The notes under the pieces: generated by a model | Database searches by the model: none | What the model was told of the DNA's origin: nothing | Seen by the model: the letters and a program-made list of their open reading frames with translations, nothing else | From: Oscillospiraceae bacterium | GTDB taxonomy: Bacteria; Bacillota; Clostridia; Oscillospirales; Acutalibacteraceae | Length of the DNA stretch: 64,000 nt | Assembly: GCA_031265995.1 (NCBI GenBank) | Contig: JAISBW010000025.1 | Span: forward strand, 9,264-73,263 | Direction of reading: 5' to 3' | Shown: in pieces, positions 49,897 to 58,446 of the stretch | Layout of the letters: each line of letters opens with the position of its first letter | Position numbering within the stretch: position 1 is the first letter of the stretch | Translations under genes and position numbers: made by a program

Positions 49897-49978
49897 TAAG
49901 AAGTGGTTTATTTTATAAACCGGCACAAACCCGTTCTCATAGGCTTGGAGTGCCATTGTCCACGAGGACGGGTTTTTG

Positions 49979-50279
49979 GAACCTGTATTCAAAAGGATCA
50001 AAATACCTAATTTTCAATAATGCTCAGAGCCTATCTAATATCTCTAAGTAGTGTAGATTTTATGATAAAATTTTTAAAATTTAAAGCGCGAAAAAGATAA
50101 ATACTGGCGTATTTAACTGACGAACAATGCAAAATTTTAAAATTTTAACTAAAATACGTGCTATTTCGGAGATATTAGGCAGGTTCTCAGAATACATAAA
50201 ATATTCATTGCGATTTTTTTATCATTACTGAAGAAAAATTCTTCAAAAATTTGGAATTTACCCTTTTAAATACGGGTTC
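49979..50279. mobile_element. Family-A MITE carrying a nested family-B MITE (50027-50186)
   Basis: GAACCTGTATTCAAAAGGATC...aataatgcTCA | GAGCCTATCTAATATCTC...GAGATATTAGGCAGGTTC | TCAgaatacataaa...CCCTTTTAAATACGGGTTC. TCA is duplicated at 50024-50026 and 50187-50189. Confidence 0.85.
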
Positions 50280-50367
50280 TAAGATAGTTTTAAGTTTAAA
50301 TTTTTAAAAAAGGATAAAATAATGAAAAAAAATTAAATTTTTATCTGGTGTTTTAAGTCCTATAATT

Positions 50368-51288
50368 ATGGGTAGTAATTTTTGTTGCTGCCAAAAGATA
50401 GAAACTAAAAAAACTTTTTCAAATAATGTAATATTTGTGCCAGATGAAAAAATAACTATTGATAGTCAAGCGTTAAGCGAAACTTTAGATACTCGGGCTA
50501 CTGTTTTTTTATCTAAGATACCTTTAATAGGGCATTTACTTGATTATTTTTTTAGTTCGCCAGAAAAAAACAGACTATGTTTCGTAAAACCTAATAAATA
50601 TTCTGATAATCCACTTGAATTTGAATTGTTTCCAGAAGGATCACCGAAACCAGAAGATGTGCTGCAAGGTCACTTAGGGCTGTGCTACTTTTTCGCAGTA
50701 CTGTCAACAGTCGCCGAAAGAGATCCAAATTTAATAAAAACTAACATGGTAGAAGATAACGAGGGAAACGTTTCAGTTAAATTTTTTGATCCGAGTGATG
50801 GCAACCCGTTTTACATTAAGGTACAAAAAACAGTACCTGAACTTCCTAAAAACTTTAAATTCGTTTATAATAATTGTCTTTGGGTTCAAATATATTTAAA
50901 AGCCTTTATAGCTTCGCAATTTTCAGGTTTGCAGGGTTATATATTAGATTTTAATTGTATAAATTATAAATATGCTGAAGGTGGACTTATGGATTTAGTT
51001 ATAAGAATGATAACAGGAAAAGAGACAGAAACATCTAATGCTTTAAGCGTGTGGCTTGCAAAAAAAAATGATCTATATTCAAAAATTGAAAAAACTTTAT
51101 CAGATTCTGGATACGTAACGTGTGATTTCGCATCTCATTTGAATGTGATAAAGCTTTTTTTGGGCGGAGTTTCCAACGAAGGGTTGGTTCGAGGTCATGC
51201 TTATTCCATAGAAAAGGTGTACAAAGATAAAAACGGTCAAAGATGGATAATTATAAGAAACCCATGGGGATATTTTTCCTCAACATAG
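50368..51288 (+). CDS. Calpain-type (peptidase C2-like) cysteine protease, C-terminally truncated
   Basis: QGHLGLCYFFAVLS (calpain QGxLGDCW Cys motif), RGHAYSI (His) and IIRNPWG (Asn). The N-terminus reads MGSNFCCCQK. The ORF stops 5 codons after RNPWG at the prophage boundary. Confidence 0.7.
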   Translation: MGSNFCCCQKIETKKTFSNNVIFVPDEKITIDSQALSETLDTRATVFLSKIPLIGHLLDYFFSSPEKNRLCFVKPNKYSDNPLEFELFPEGSPKPEDVLQGHLGLCYFFAVLSTVAERDPNLIKTNMVEDNEGNVSVKFFDPSDGNPFYIKVQKTVPELPKNFKFVYNNCLWVQIYLKAFIASQFSGLQGYILDFNCINYKYAEGGLMDLVIRMITGKETETSNALSVWLAKKNDLYSKIEKTLSDSGYVTCDFASHLNVIKLFLGGVSNEGLVRGHAYSIEKVYKDKNGQRWIIIRNPWGYFSST

Positions 51289-51468
51289 CATGAAAGGTTT
51301 ACACTTTTTTACACTCTTTCAAAAAAAGTTTTCAAAAGACAAACAGATAAAATGTATAAGTTTTGCTTTATACTTTATATTTATTTATATTTATTTTATT
51401 TTTAAACATTTCTTTATTTTGAATTTATTTAAGATTTATTTATTTTAAATATTTCAAAGTTAAATTTT

Positions 51469-53271
51469 CTATACCGCATACGTAATCCCGCTCCCTTCAA
51501 AAATAATGCCCTGCTGTAAAAGATAAATCGCGTTGATAAGTGCCGCGACCATATCGACTTTACCTGAACTCTTCTTTTTATGGATGTATCTATTCATATT
51601 TGTGTCGTAAACACACATGGCATTTGAAAAATTGATTTCAAGCAAAGTATTCTTTTCATATGAAAATTCTGTATTGATAATTTTTTCCTGCAAAAGTTTT
51701 GTCGGGGCATGGAGCGTATCGCTGTGCTGCCTAATCTCGACAACACTATATTTTGTCAGCCACTTTTGCGCAGAGCTAAGGCAGTTGTATCTATCAAAGC
51801 CGATTGCCCTGATTGTTACACCGAACCTATCTTCAAGTTTAAAGACAAAATCTTCAACAAAACCATAATCTATTGTCTTATTGCCGCAAGGATAACATTT
51901 TTTGTGTTTTATAAATCTTTTGTAATCAAGCTTTTCAAATTTGTTTTTCTCTTCGATTCTTCCTTCAGGAATAAAGCACCAAGCGTCTGCCAGAATATGG
52001 TTGTCTTCATCGACCGCGCACATCACAACGGCGGTATTGTCCGTCGTCATTGACAGATCAACTCCGACATAGACTTCTCTTCCTTTCCAATCGATTTTGT
52101 TAACTTTGCATCTTTTCACGTCCGAGATATCTATAAAGCTTTCAGTTCCGGCCCCTTGATAAATGATATTGCAGTGTTTAGTAAGGAAGTTTTCTCTTGC
52201 GGATTCCATCGCAATTGCTTTTGCTCTCTTTTTTAGAAGATCTTCCCAAATTTCTGGGATTTCAAGAGCGACCGGATTTGCGTGTTTAAGAATCAGATCA
52301 TCGGAGGTCCAGCTTTGAGAAGTCTGATTAGGTTCACTTTGATTTTGGGAATCTTTTATCTGAAACTTGTTGGATTTGTCGTAGAATTCCGATTCAATCG
52401 ATGTATTTACCGATGTATTTGATGCACTGAAGTCCGGCTCATAAAGAAGCGCAAAAAGAGTTTCGTCTTCTGTAATGCCATCTAAAACTTGTTTTGCATA
52501 TTTAATTTCTTCTTCAAACGGATTATCAATTGTCGGGTATTTTGTGCTGATTATGCATCCAAGCTTATTTAAAATATTAAGCTGACCGCTTCTCATTGAT
52601 TCAATTGCATACGCGTTCGGCAATGCTCCGACTTCATCTGCTAAAAAAACATTGGGGAGTTTGCCGTCCATTCTTGAATTAGAGTAATTAAGGGGAAAGT
52701 ACTGATTTTCATTAAGCTCGAATTTAATGTAATCTCGAAGAATTTTAAACCTTGGAGTTTCGTCCTTCATATACACTTTTGGGCTACTCTTTAAAATTTC
52801 TTCAATTGCGGTTTTTACTTCTCGACTTAAACTTCCATCTGGGGCCACAGAGTAGAACTTGGAGAACTTCGGTTCCAGCAAGAAAAGAAGGATAAAAGTA
52901 GTTGCAATTGTAAAAGTCTTAAAGTTCTTTCTTGCGATTTCAAGAATTGCGGTTTCATATCTTCTTCTGGTTGGGTTGTCTTTGTAAACTACGCAAAGAA
53001 TCGATGTATAAAACAGCCACTGATACCCGGTTGAGCAGTCATAAATTGTTTCGCCGGCCTTTAAGCCTCGAGGCATGATTAACAATTTTAGGGTGTTTTC
53101 TATGCGTTCGAGCATTTCTAAATTCACAAAATATTTTGTATTTTTGATATTTTTATCTTTGTTGTTTTCGCCATTTGAGATATCTAAAAACTTTTGACAT
53201 TGTAATTTTACATATTTTGGTGCATCTTCTGATTTGATTGCCCGATTTGCGTATTTTGAAGCTTTAATCAA
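51469..53271 (-). CDS. Phage terminase large subunit
   Basis: 600 aa with a Terminase_1-like layout: an N-terminal ATPase region and a C-terminal RNaseH-like nuclease (VGVDLSMTTDNTAVV, GFDRYN, KVDMVAAL). It follows a P27-type TerS. Confidence 0.8.
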   Translation of the reverse strand: MIKASKYANRAIKSEDAPKYVKLQCQKFLDISNGENNKDKNIKNTKYFVNLEMLERIENTLKLLIMPRGLKAGETIYDCSTGYQWLFYTSILCVVYKDNPTRRRYETAILEIARKNFKTFTIATTFILLFLLEPKFSKFYSVAPDGSLSREVKTAIEEILKSSPKVYMKDETPRFKILRDYIKFELNENQYFPLNYSNSRMDGKLPNVFLADEVGALPNAYAIESMRSGQLNILNKLGCIISTKYPTIDNPFEEEIKYAKQVLDGITEDETLFALLYEPDFSASNTSVNTSIESEFYDKSNKFQIKDSQNQSEPNQTSQSWTSDDLILKHANPVALEIPEIWEDLLKKRAKAIAMESARENFLTKHCNIIYQGAGTESFIDISDVKRCKVNKIDWKGREVYVGVDLSMTTDNTAVVMCAVDEDNHILADAWCFIPEGRIEEKNKFEKLDYKRFIKHKKCYPCGNKTIDYGFVEDFVFKLEDRFGVTIRAIGFDRYNCLSSAQKWLTKYSVVEIRQHSDTLHAPTKLLQEKIINTEFSYEKNTLLEINFSNAMCVYDTNMNRYIHKKKSSGKVDMVAALINAIYLLQQGIIFEGSGITYAV

Positions 53272-53307
53272 TTTGGTTCACCTCCCGTTAAAATTTTTAA
53301 ATATTTT

Positions 53308-53688
53308 TTAGTCAATCGAATTTCTTCTGCCGGAAATGAATTCAAGCAAAGGATCCGGTTCGTCACTGCCGCCTCTGGCTCTTAGCAAAGTTATGATTTT
53401 AACAAGCGTCGCCACGGTTTTATTCGCACAGTCCGCGGTTTTGTTGTAAGCGCTTACGGCAGGATGAACATAAGTATTTTTTGTTCCTTTGGAATAACTT
53501 TTCTCCACAGTCATTCCTTCTTCATAAATAGTCTTTTCAAGATCGGTAAGCATTTTGATTTGCACTTGATATCTTTTAAAAGTCGTCAAGAAGAAAAAGT
53601 TTGATTCGACGCCGTATTTTTCGGCAATTCGAAGAATTTCTTTTGCTTGCTCGTTTAAATTAAGATTCTGGTTCATAATTTCCTCCAA
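53308..53688 (-). CDS. Phage terminase small subunit (P27 family)
   Basis: 126 aa with a pattern typical of P27-family TerS (YVHPAVSAYNKTADCANK). Located immediately upstream of TerL. Confidence 0.65.
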   Translation of the reverse strand: MEEIMNQNLNLNEQAKEILRIAEKYGVESNFFFLTTFKRYQVQIKMLTDLEKTIYEEGMTVEKSYSKGTKNTYVHPAVSAYNKTADCANKTVATLVKIITLLRARGGSDEPDPLLEFISGRRNSID

Positions 53689-53690
53689 AT

Positions 53691-54943
53691 TTATGAAATT
53701 AATTCCGCTTTCTTATCGGTTAAATTTTCCCATCGTTTTATGATCACATCGCAGTATCGTGGGTCTAGTTCCATCATGAAACATTTTCTGTTTAGTTCTT
53801 CACAGGCAATTAAAGTTGTTCCGGAGCCGCCGAATAAATCTAGAACGATTTCTCCTTCTTTACTGCTGTTTTCAATTAGTTTTGCAATCATCGGAACCGG
53901 TTTCATTGTCGGATATTCATCATTTCTTAAAGGTCTGTTAAATTCTAAAATTGTAGTTTGCGTTCTGTCGTCAATAAAATAATGTGAATCTCCGGATTTC
54001 CAGCCGTAGACGCAAGGTTCGTGTTTCCACTGGTAGTCTTGGCGTCCAAGGACTAAAGCGTTTTTATTCCAGATAAGCTGTTGTTTGATTTCCCAATCTA
54101 TTTCCCGGCAAGCTTGATAAACGGATAATGATTCTTTATTTGCAAACCAGATGTAGAAAGCTCCGCCTTGTTTAAGATACTTATCAGCATTTTAAAAGCC
54201 AAAATCAAAAACGAGCGAAATTCTTCGCTCGTCTGTTTGTCATTTAAAATTTTATTCCTTTCTTTTGTTTTACCTTCGTATCCAATATTGTACGGCGGGT
54301 CTGTAACAAATAAATCAATTATTTCATTTACTTTATTTATTTTATTTCCTTTTAGCTCAGAATTAATTAGCTTAGAATTCATAAGTTTAGAGACGTCTTC
54401 AGGATTTGTCGAATCTCCGCACATCAGGCGATGCCGGCCAAGACTGTAAATTTCACCGAGCTTTGATTTCGGTTCTTCTTTTAAAATTTCATTGATTTTG
54501 TCTGAATCAAAATTATCATCTGTTATTTCTTTTGAATCATTCAAAACCAAATCAAAATTAAGATCATCAAACCCGGTTAGAGAAATATCAAAATCAAGAC
54601 TTTTTAAATCTTCAAGCTCAATCTTAAGAATATCAAAGTCCCATCCTGCATCTAAAGCCAATTTGTTGTCGGCAATTATGTAAGCTTTCTTTTGTGTTTC
54701 TGTCAGGTCCTCTACAAACAGGCATGGAACTTCTTCCATCCCAATTTGCTTTGCTGCTAAAACTCTGCAGTGGCCTGCGATTATTCCAAAATCTGCGTCA
54801 ATTAAGACTGGATTTACGAAACCGAATTCTTCTATTGATTTTGCAATCTTGGAAATCTGTTCTTCACTGTGAGTTCTGGCGTTATGTTCATATGGCTTTA
54901 ATTTTTCAATCGCGATATTTTGGTATTTTCTCATTTTTCTCAC
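53691..54943 (-). pseudogene. ParB-N-domain / beta-class DNA N6-adenine (DPPY) methyltransferase with one frameshift
   Basis: ORF 54098..54943 carries the ParB-like N-domain (GHCRVLAAKQIG) and motif IV DPPYN. The other frame continues NADKYLKQGGAFYIWFANKE...EYPTMKPVPMIAKLI..LDLFGGSGTT (motif I) to 53691. One extra base in the T4 run 54190-54193 (A4 on the coding strand) would fuse them. Confidence 0.7.
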
Positions 54944-55294
54944 CTCAAAAAAAATAGCCTCAAACTCAGCTACAATACTGGTTTAAAGCAAATTTCAAAA
55001 AATACATGAATTGTAAATCCGGTGTAAACGGAGGGCCAGCGTGGTGTTGATTTGTTTTATTTTTTGGTCTATCCGATACCCGGGGGATGCTCTTTACTCT
55101 TAAAAATAAATTTTTGTTTAAAAAATAAACGGTTGCTTGAAACATTTATTTAGATTAGATTTATTTTTGTGTTTAAAAACAAAAGCTTGTTTGAAATAGA
55201 TTTTACTTAGATTTTAATTTTTTAAACTTCTTAAGCATAATTTGCTACGATTTCTTTTTATCGGATCCATTTCCGTACTTTTCATTTCTTGTTC

Positions 55295-55534
55295 CTAAAT
55301 TTTTTTAATCATTTCTTGCTCATTAATAATTGCTTTAATAATTTCAAGCTTGATCTTTCCATCGTCTGCTTGATCATGATGCTTCTTGCATAGTGTGACA
55401 AGGTTGTTTGGTTTAAACGCAAGCTCTTTGCCCTCATCAATCTTGATTGCGTGATGGACTTCAATATCGCTGCAGTTGTACACGCCTTGACGCAAACAAA
55501 CTTGGCACAAATACATATCTCGTTTTCGAATCAT
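55295..55534 (-). CDS. Phage HNH endonuclease (true start probably further upstream)
   Basis: CQVC...EVHH...N..TLCKKHH is an HNH core. The frame stays open upstream to 55696 and encodes a Cys-rich KSCKHCSRIH..ICP segment, but with no ATG, GTG or TTG. An ATT at 55658-55660 lies 9 nt after a GAAGGAG SD. Confidence 0.65.
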   Translation of the reverse strand: MIRKRDMYLCQVCLRQGVYNCSDIEVHHAIKIDEGKELAFKPNNLVTLCKKHHDQADDGKIKLEIIKAIINEQEMIKKI

Positions 55535-55750
55535 TTCACGGGTTTTGCCCCATTTATACGTGCTTCTCAGGGCGAATTGTTCGGTTTTGTTTTTTGGTCT
55601 TTTAGGGCAAATGTAGTCTTCTTTGTGGATTCGAGAGCAATGTTTACAGGATTTTAGAATTAGGTTCAGCTCCTTCTTCAGACGTAAAAAGCCGCCTCAA
55701 TCGAAGCGGTGATTAAAACTTGTCGGCAAATAAGATTTTCTTTTTGTGGG

Positions 55751-55782
55751 AAAATAAAAGTCCTGCAAAATTTATTGCAGGA
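55751..55782 (-). terminator. Rho-independent terminator between the late-regulator gene and the HNH/packaging genes
   Basis: 8-bp stem tcctgcaa/ttgcagga (55761-55782) with a 6-nt loop. On the minus strand it is followed by CTTTTATTTT. Confidence 0.55.
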
Positions 55783-55893
55783 TTTATTAAAAAATTAAGG
55801 AGTTGATTAAAGCTTTCGTAAACCCTGTGGATGAATTTATAAAAGCTTTCAATTTACACTATAACACAGCTAAACCGAACAAAACGAACAACT

Positions 55894-56289
55894 TTAATTT
55901 CTGCTCAAAAAACGATTATGAATCATTCTTACAGTGTCTTCAGTATTTCTCCCGCCAACCGAAAAAGCTACTTTTCTCCAGCTCATACCGCCAATATACC
56001 GAAGCGAAAGAATTTGCCTGACGAGACTGTCGTCTACTGAATTGATATATCTGTTTATACGGTTAAATTCAAAGAAGCACTTTTTTATATTCAAATCGAT
56101 CAGACTTTTAAGATCCGCAATTTCTGCCGCATATTCCGATATTTTATCTCTAAATCCAGGGATTCTGGGCATTCCGGTAATAAACCGAGAACAGGAAGTC
56201 GCTAAATTTTCAAATTCCTCAAGCTGTTTTGTTTGCATCTCTATTTCTTTCTTAAGCCAATAAACCTGGGAAAGTTCTTTCTTAGTCAC
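55894..56289 (-). CDS. Phage sigma-70 region-4-like late transcriptional regulator (DUF1492/ArpU-like)
   Basis: 131 aa. Coiled N-terminus, then a C-terminal HTH segment (LVRQILSLRYIGGMSWRKVAFSVG) typical of phage sigma-like regulators located before packaging genes. Confidence 0.55.
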   Translation of the reverse strand: MTKKELSQVYWLKKEIEMQTKQLEEFENLATSCSRFITGMPRIPGFRDKISEYAAEIADLKSLIDLNIKKCFFEFNRINRYINSVDDSLVRQILSLRYIGGMSWRKVAFSVGGRNTEDTVRMIHNRFLSRN

Positions 56290-56455
56290 AGATTTTGTCC
56301 TCCGAAAAAGGTTCTCTGATTGTCGGAGGTTGACTTTTGTTGGCCTTGTTTTTCTAAGATTGACTTTAATTGTATTTAGTTTACTTTTATTTTACTTTTA
56401 ATTTTTTTAACTATTTTAACTATTTTTAGTTTACAAAACTATTTTACTAATTCTT

Positions 56456-57946
56456 TTAAGAAATTCTAGCCTTAACAGCTTCAATTAAATCATTTTGGAC
56501 CTTATCTTTCTTCTTTAAAGCCCTCATAACATCCTCATCAATCGTATCCTGGGAAATTATGTGATGAATCACGACTGTATCTTTTTGTCCTTGTCTCCAG
56601 AGCCTGGCATTAGTTTGTTGGTAGAGCTCCAAACTCCAGGTAAGACCAAATCAGACTAAAGACGAGCCGCCTTCTTGAAGATTAAGACCATGGCCCGCGG
56701 AGGCAGGATGAATTAAGGCTACTGGCAGTTCTCTTTTATTCCAGAGATTAATGCTTTGTGGACTGTCAAGTTTTAAGAATTTAATTTTAAGATCGATCAA
56801 ACGTTTTTTAATTCTTTCAAAGTCGTGTTTAAACCAGTATGCAATTAAAACAGGCTTGCCGTTTGCAGATTCAATTAAGTCCTCGAGAGCGTCAAGTTTT
56901 CTGTCGTGAATTAAGATAATTTCCTTTTTGTTTTCTATTTTTATTTCTTCATTTTCTTTAATTTTCTCATCTTCTTTAATTTTTCTTTCTTTTTCTTCTT
57001 CTCCTTTAGCTTCCTTGTCATTTTCTAAAACATTACCATAAACAGCACCATTTGCCATTTGAAGGAGTTTATTCGAAAGTGCCGCAGCATTGACTGCGTC
57101 AATTTCTTTATATTTGATTTCATTGCCGTCATCATTATCACCATTGTCTTTAATAGAAACAATTAAATCTCTTTTCAGTTTTTGATAAATATTCATTTCA
57201 CTTTCTGAAAGTCTAACTTTAACTTCATTATAAATAACTTCAGGAAGATTTAAAAAATCTGTATTTTTCATACTGATTGTGATATCAGATATTTTCTCAT
57301 AAATCTTTTCTTCAGCCCCAACAATGGGTTTGTATGTGAAAACCTGCATCCAGTTCCTTTCATCGGGAACAAAATAATCATTTCTAAAGTGGGTTATATA
57401 TCTTCCAAGCCTTTCGCCCCAATCCAGGATCCCGATCTCGGCCCATAAATCCATAAGACCATTTGAAGATGGAGTTCCGGTTAACCCCACAATTCTCTTT
57501 ATTTTTGGTCTTATCTTTTTTAAAGCCTTAAACTTTAGAGTTCTATGATTTTTAAAAGAACTAAGCTCATCAATGACAATCATATCAAAGTCAAATTTAA
57601 ATCCGCTTCTGTGAACAAGCCATTCCACATTCTCGCGGTTTATTATGCAGATCTGAACTCTTTTATTTAAAGCCGTTTTGCGCTCTTTTTCATTCCCTAC
57701 GGCTACTGAATACCATAAACCCTTCAGATGCTCCCATTTCTCAATTTCAGAAGGCCAGGTGTTTTTTGCTACCCTCAAAGGTGCAATAACTAAAACTTTT
57801 CTTATCCGGAAACTGTCAAGGAGCAAATCATAGAGCGCCGTTAAGGTAATTACGCTTTTTCCAAGACCGCATTCAAGAAAAAGAGCCGAGATTGGATTTT
57901 CAATTATGAATTCAGTTGAATACTTTTGGTATTTGTGAAGTTTTAT
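56456..57946 (-). pseudogene. SNF2-family helicase with an in-frame TGA and no canonical start codon
   Basis: Helicase motif I (LECGLGKS) lies upstream of the track start, in a frame open to 57970 that has only ATA (57944-57946) after a GAAGGTGGG SD. TGA at 56651-56653 sits where SNF2 proteins have Trp (..GGSSLV*FGLTWSLELYQQTNARLWRQGQ..). The frame continues to TAA at 56456. Confidence 0.75.
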
Positions 57947-58126
57947 TTTTTGCCCACCTTCTTGACTTAATTAGAAAAATTAATTGCAATCAACCGTTAT
58001 TTCTTAATTAATTATTATTAACTTAATCACACATTAGCATTAATTATAATTAATTATCAGCTAATAATAATTTAGTTCTTTTAAAACTAGTTTAAATTCT
58101 CTGATATTGTCTTAAACTTTCCGATA

Positions 58127-58405
58127 TCATTTCAATTCCTGTCTCGTTATCATTTCAATCTCTGTCTCACTGTTTATTACAAAGACTTTAAACCCAAGAT
58201 TCTCCAGCTGTTGTTTTCTCCTTACCTGAATCGGTCTCATCTTTCCTTCTGGAGATTTTAGTTCCGCAAAGACACTTCTTCCTCCGGGAAAAAGAATTAT
58301 TCTGTCGGGTGCGCCTACAAATCCGGGGGAAATAAATTTAAGAGCAAGACCTCCGAAATTTCTAATTGCTTTGATTAGTTTTTGTTCTATTTTCTTTTCT
58401 GTCAT
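58127..58405 (-). CDS. VRR-NUC domain nuclease
   Basis: 92 aa. GAPDRIILFPGGRSVFAELK matches the VRR-NUC (PD-(D/E)xK) core pattern. This is the typical position between primase and SNF2. Confidence 0.75.
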   Translation of the reverse strand: MTEKKIEQKLIKAIRNFGGLALKFISPGFVGAPDRIILFPGGRSVFAELKSPEGKMRPIQVRRKQQLENLGFKVFVINSETEIEMITRQELK

Positions 58406-58446
58406 GCCAATTTCTCACTTATAAATTAATTTCCCTCGCCAAAAAT

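Noticed and set aside
1219-50279. The abundant ~160-bp repeats as a CRISPR array or REP/BIME-type elements.
   Set aside because: There is no regular repeat-spacer periodicity and copies are dispersed in both orientations. They have long terminal inverted repeats and 3-bp flanking duplications, so they look like MITE-type insertions. No cas genes are present.
56651-56653. TGA reassigned to Trp (genetic code 4-like recoding) in the prophage.
   Set aside because: It is the only such case I found. The phage primase (58658) and VRR-NUC (58127) ORFs appear to end naturally at TGA. Host genes also use TGA stops (8354-8356, 9757-9759, 39242-39244). TGG is used for Trp throughout. A simple TGG-to-TGA nonsense mutation in a decaying prophage is more economical.
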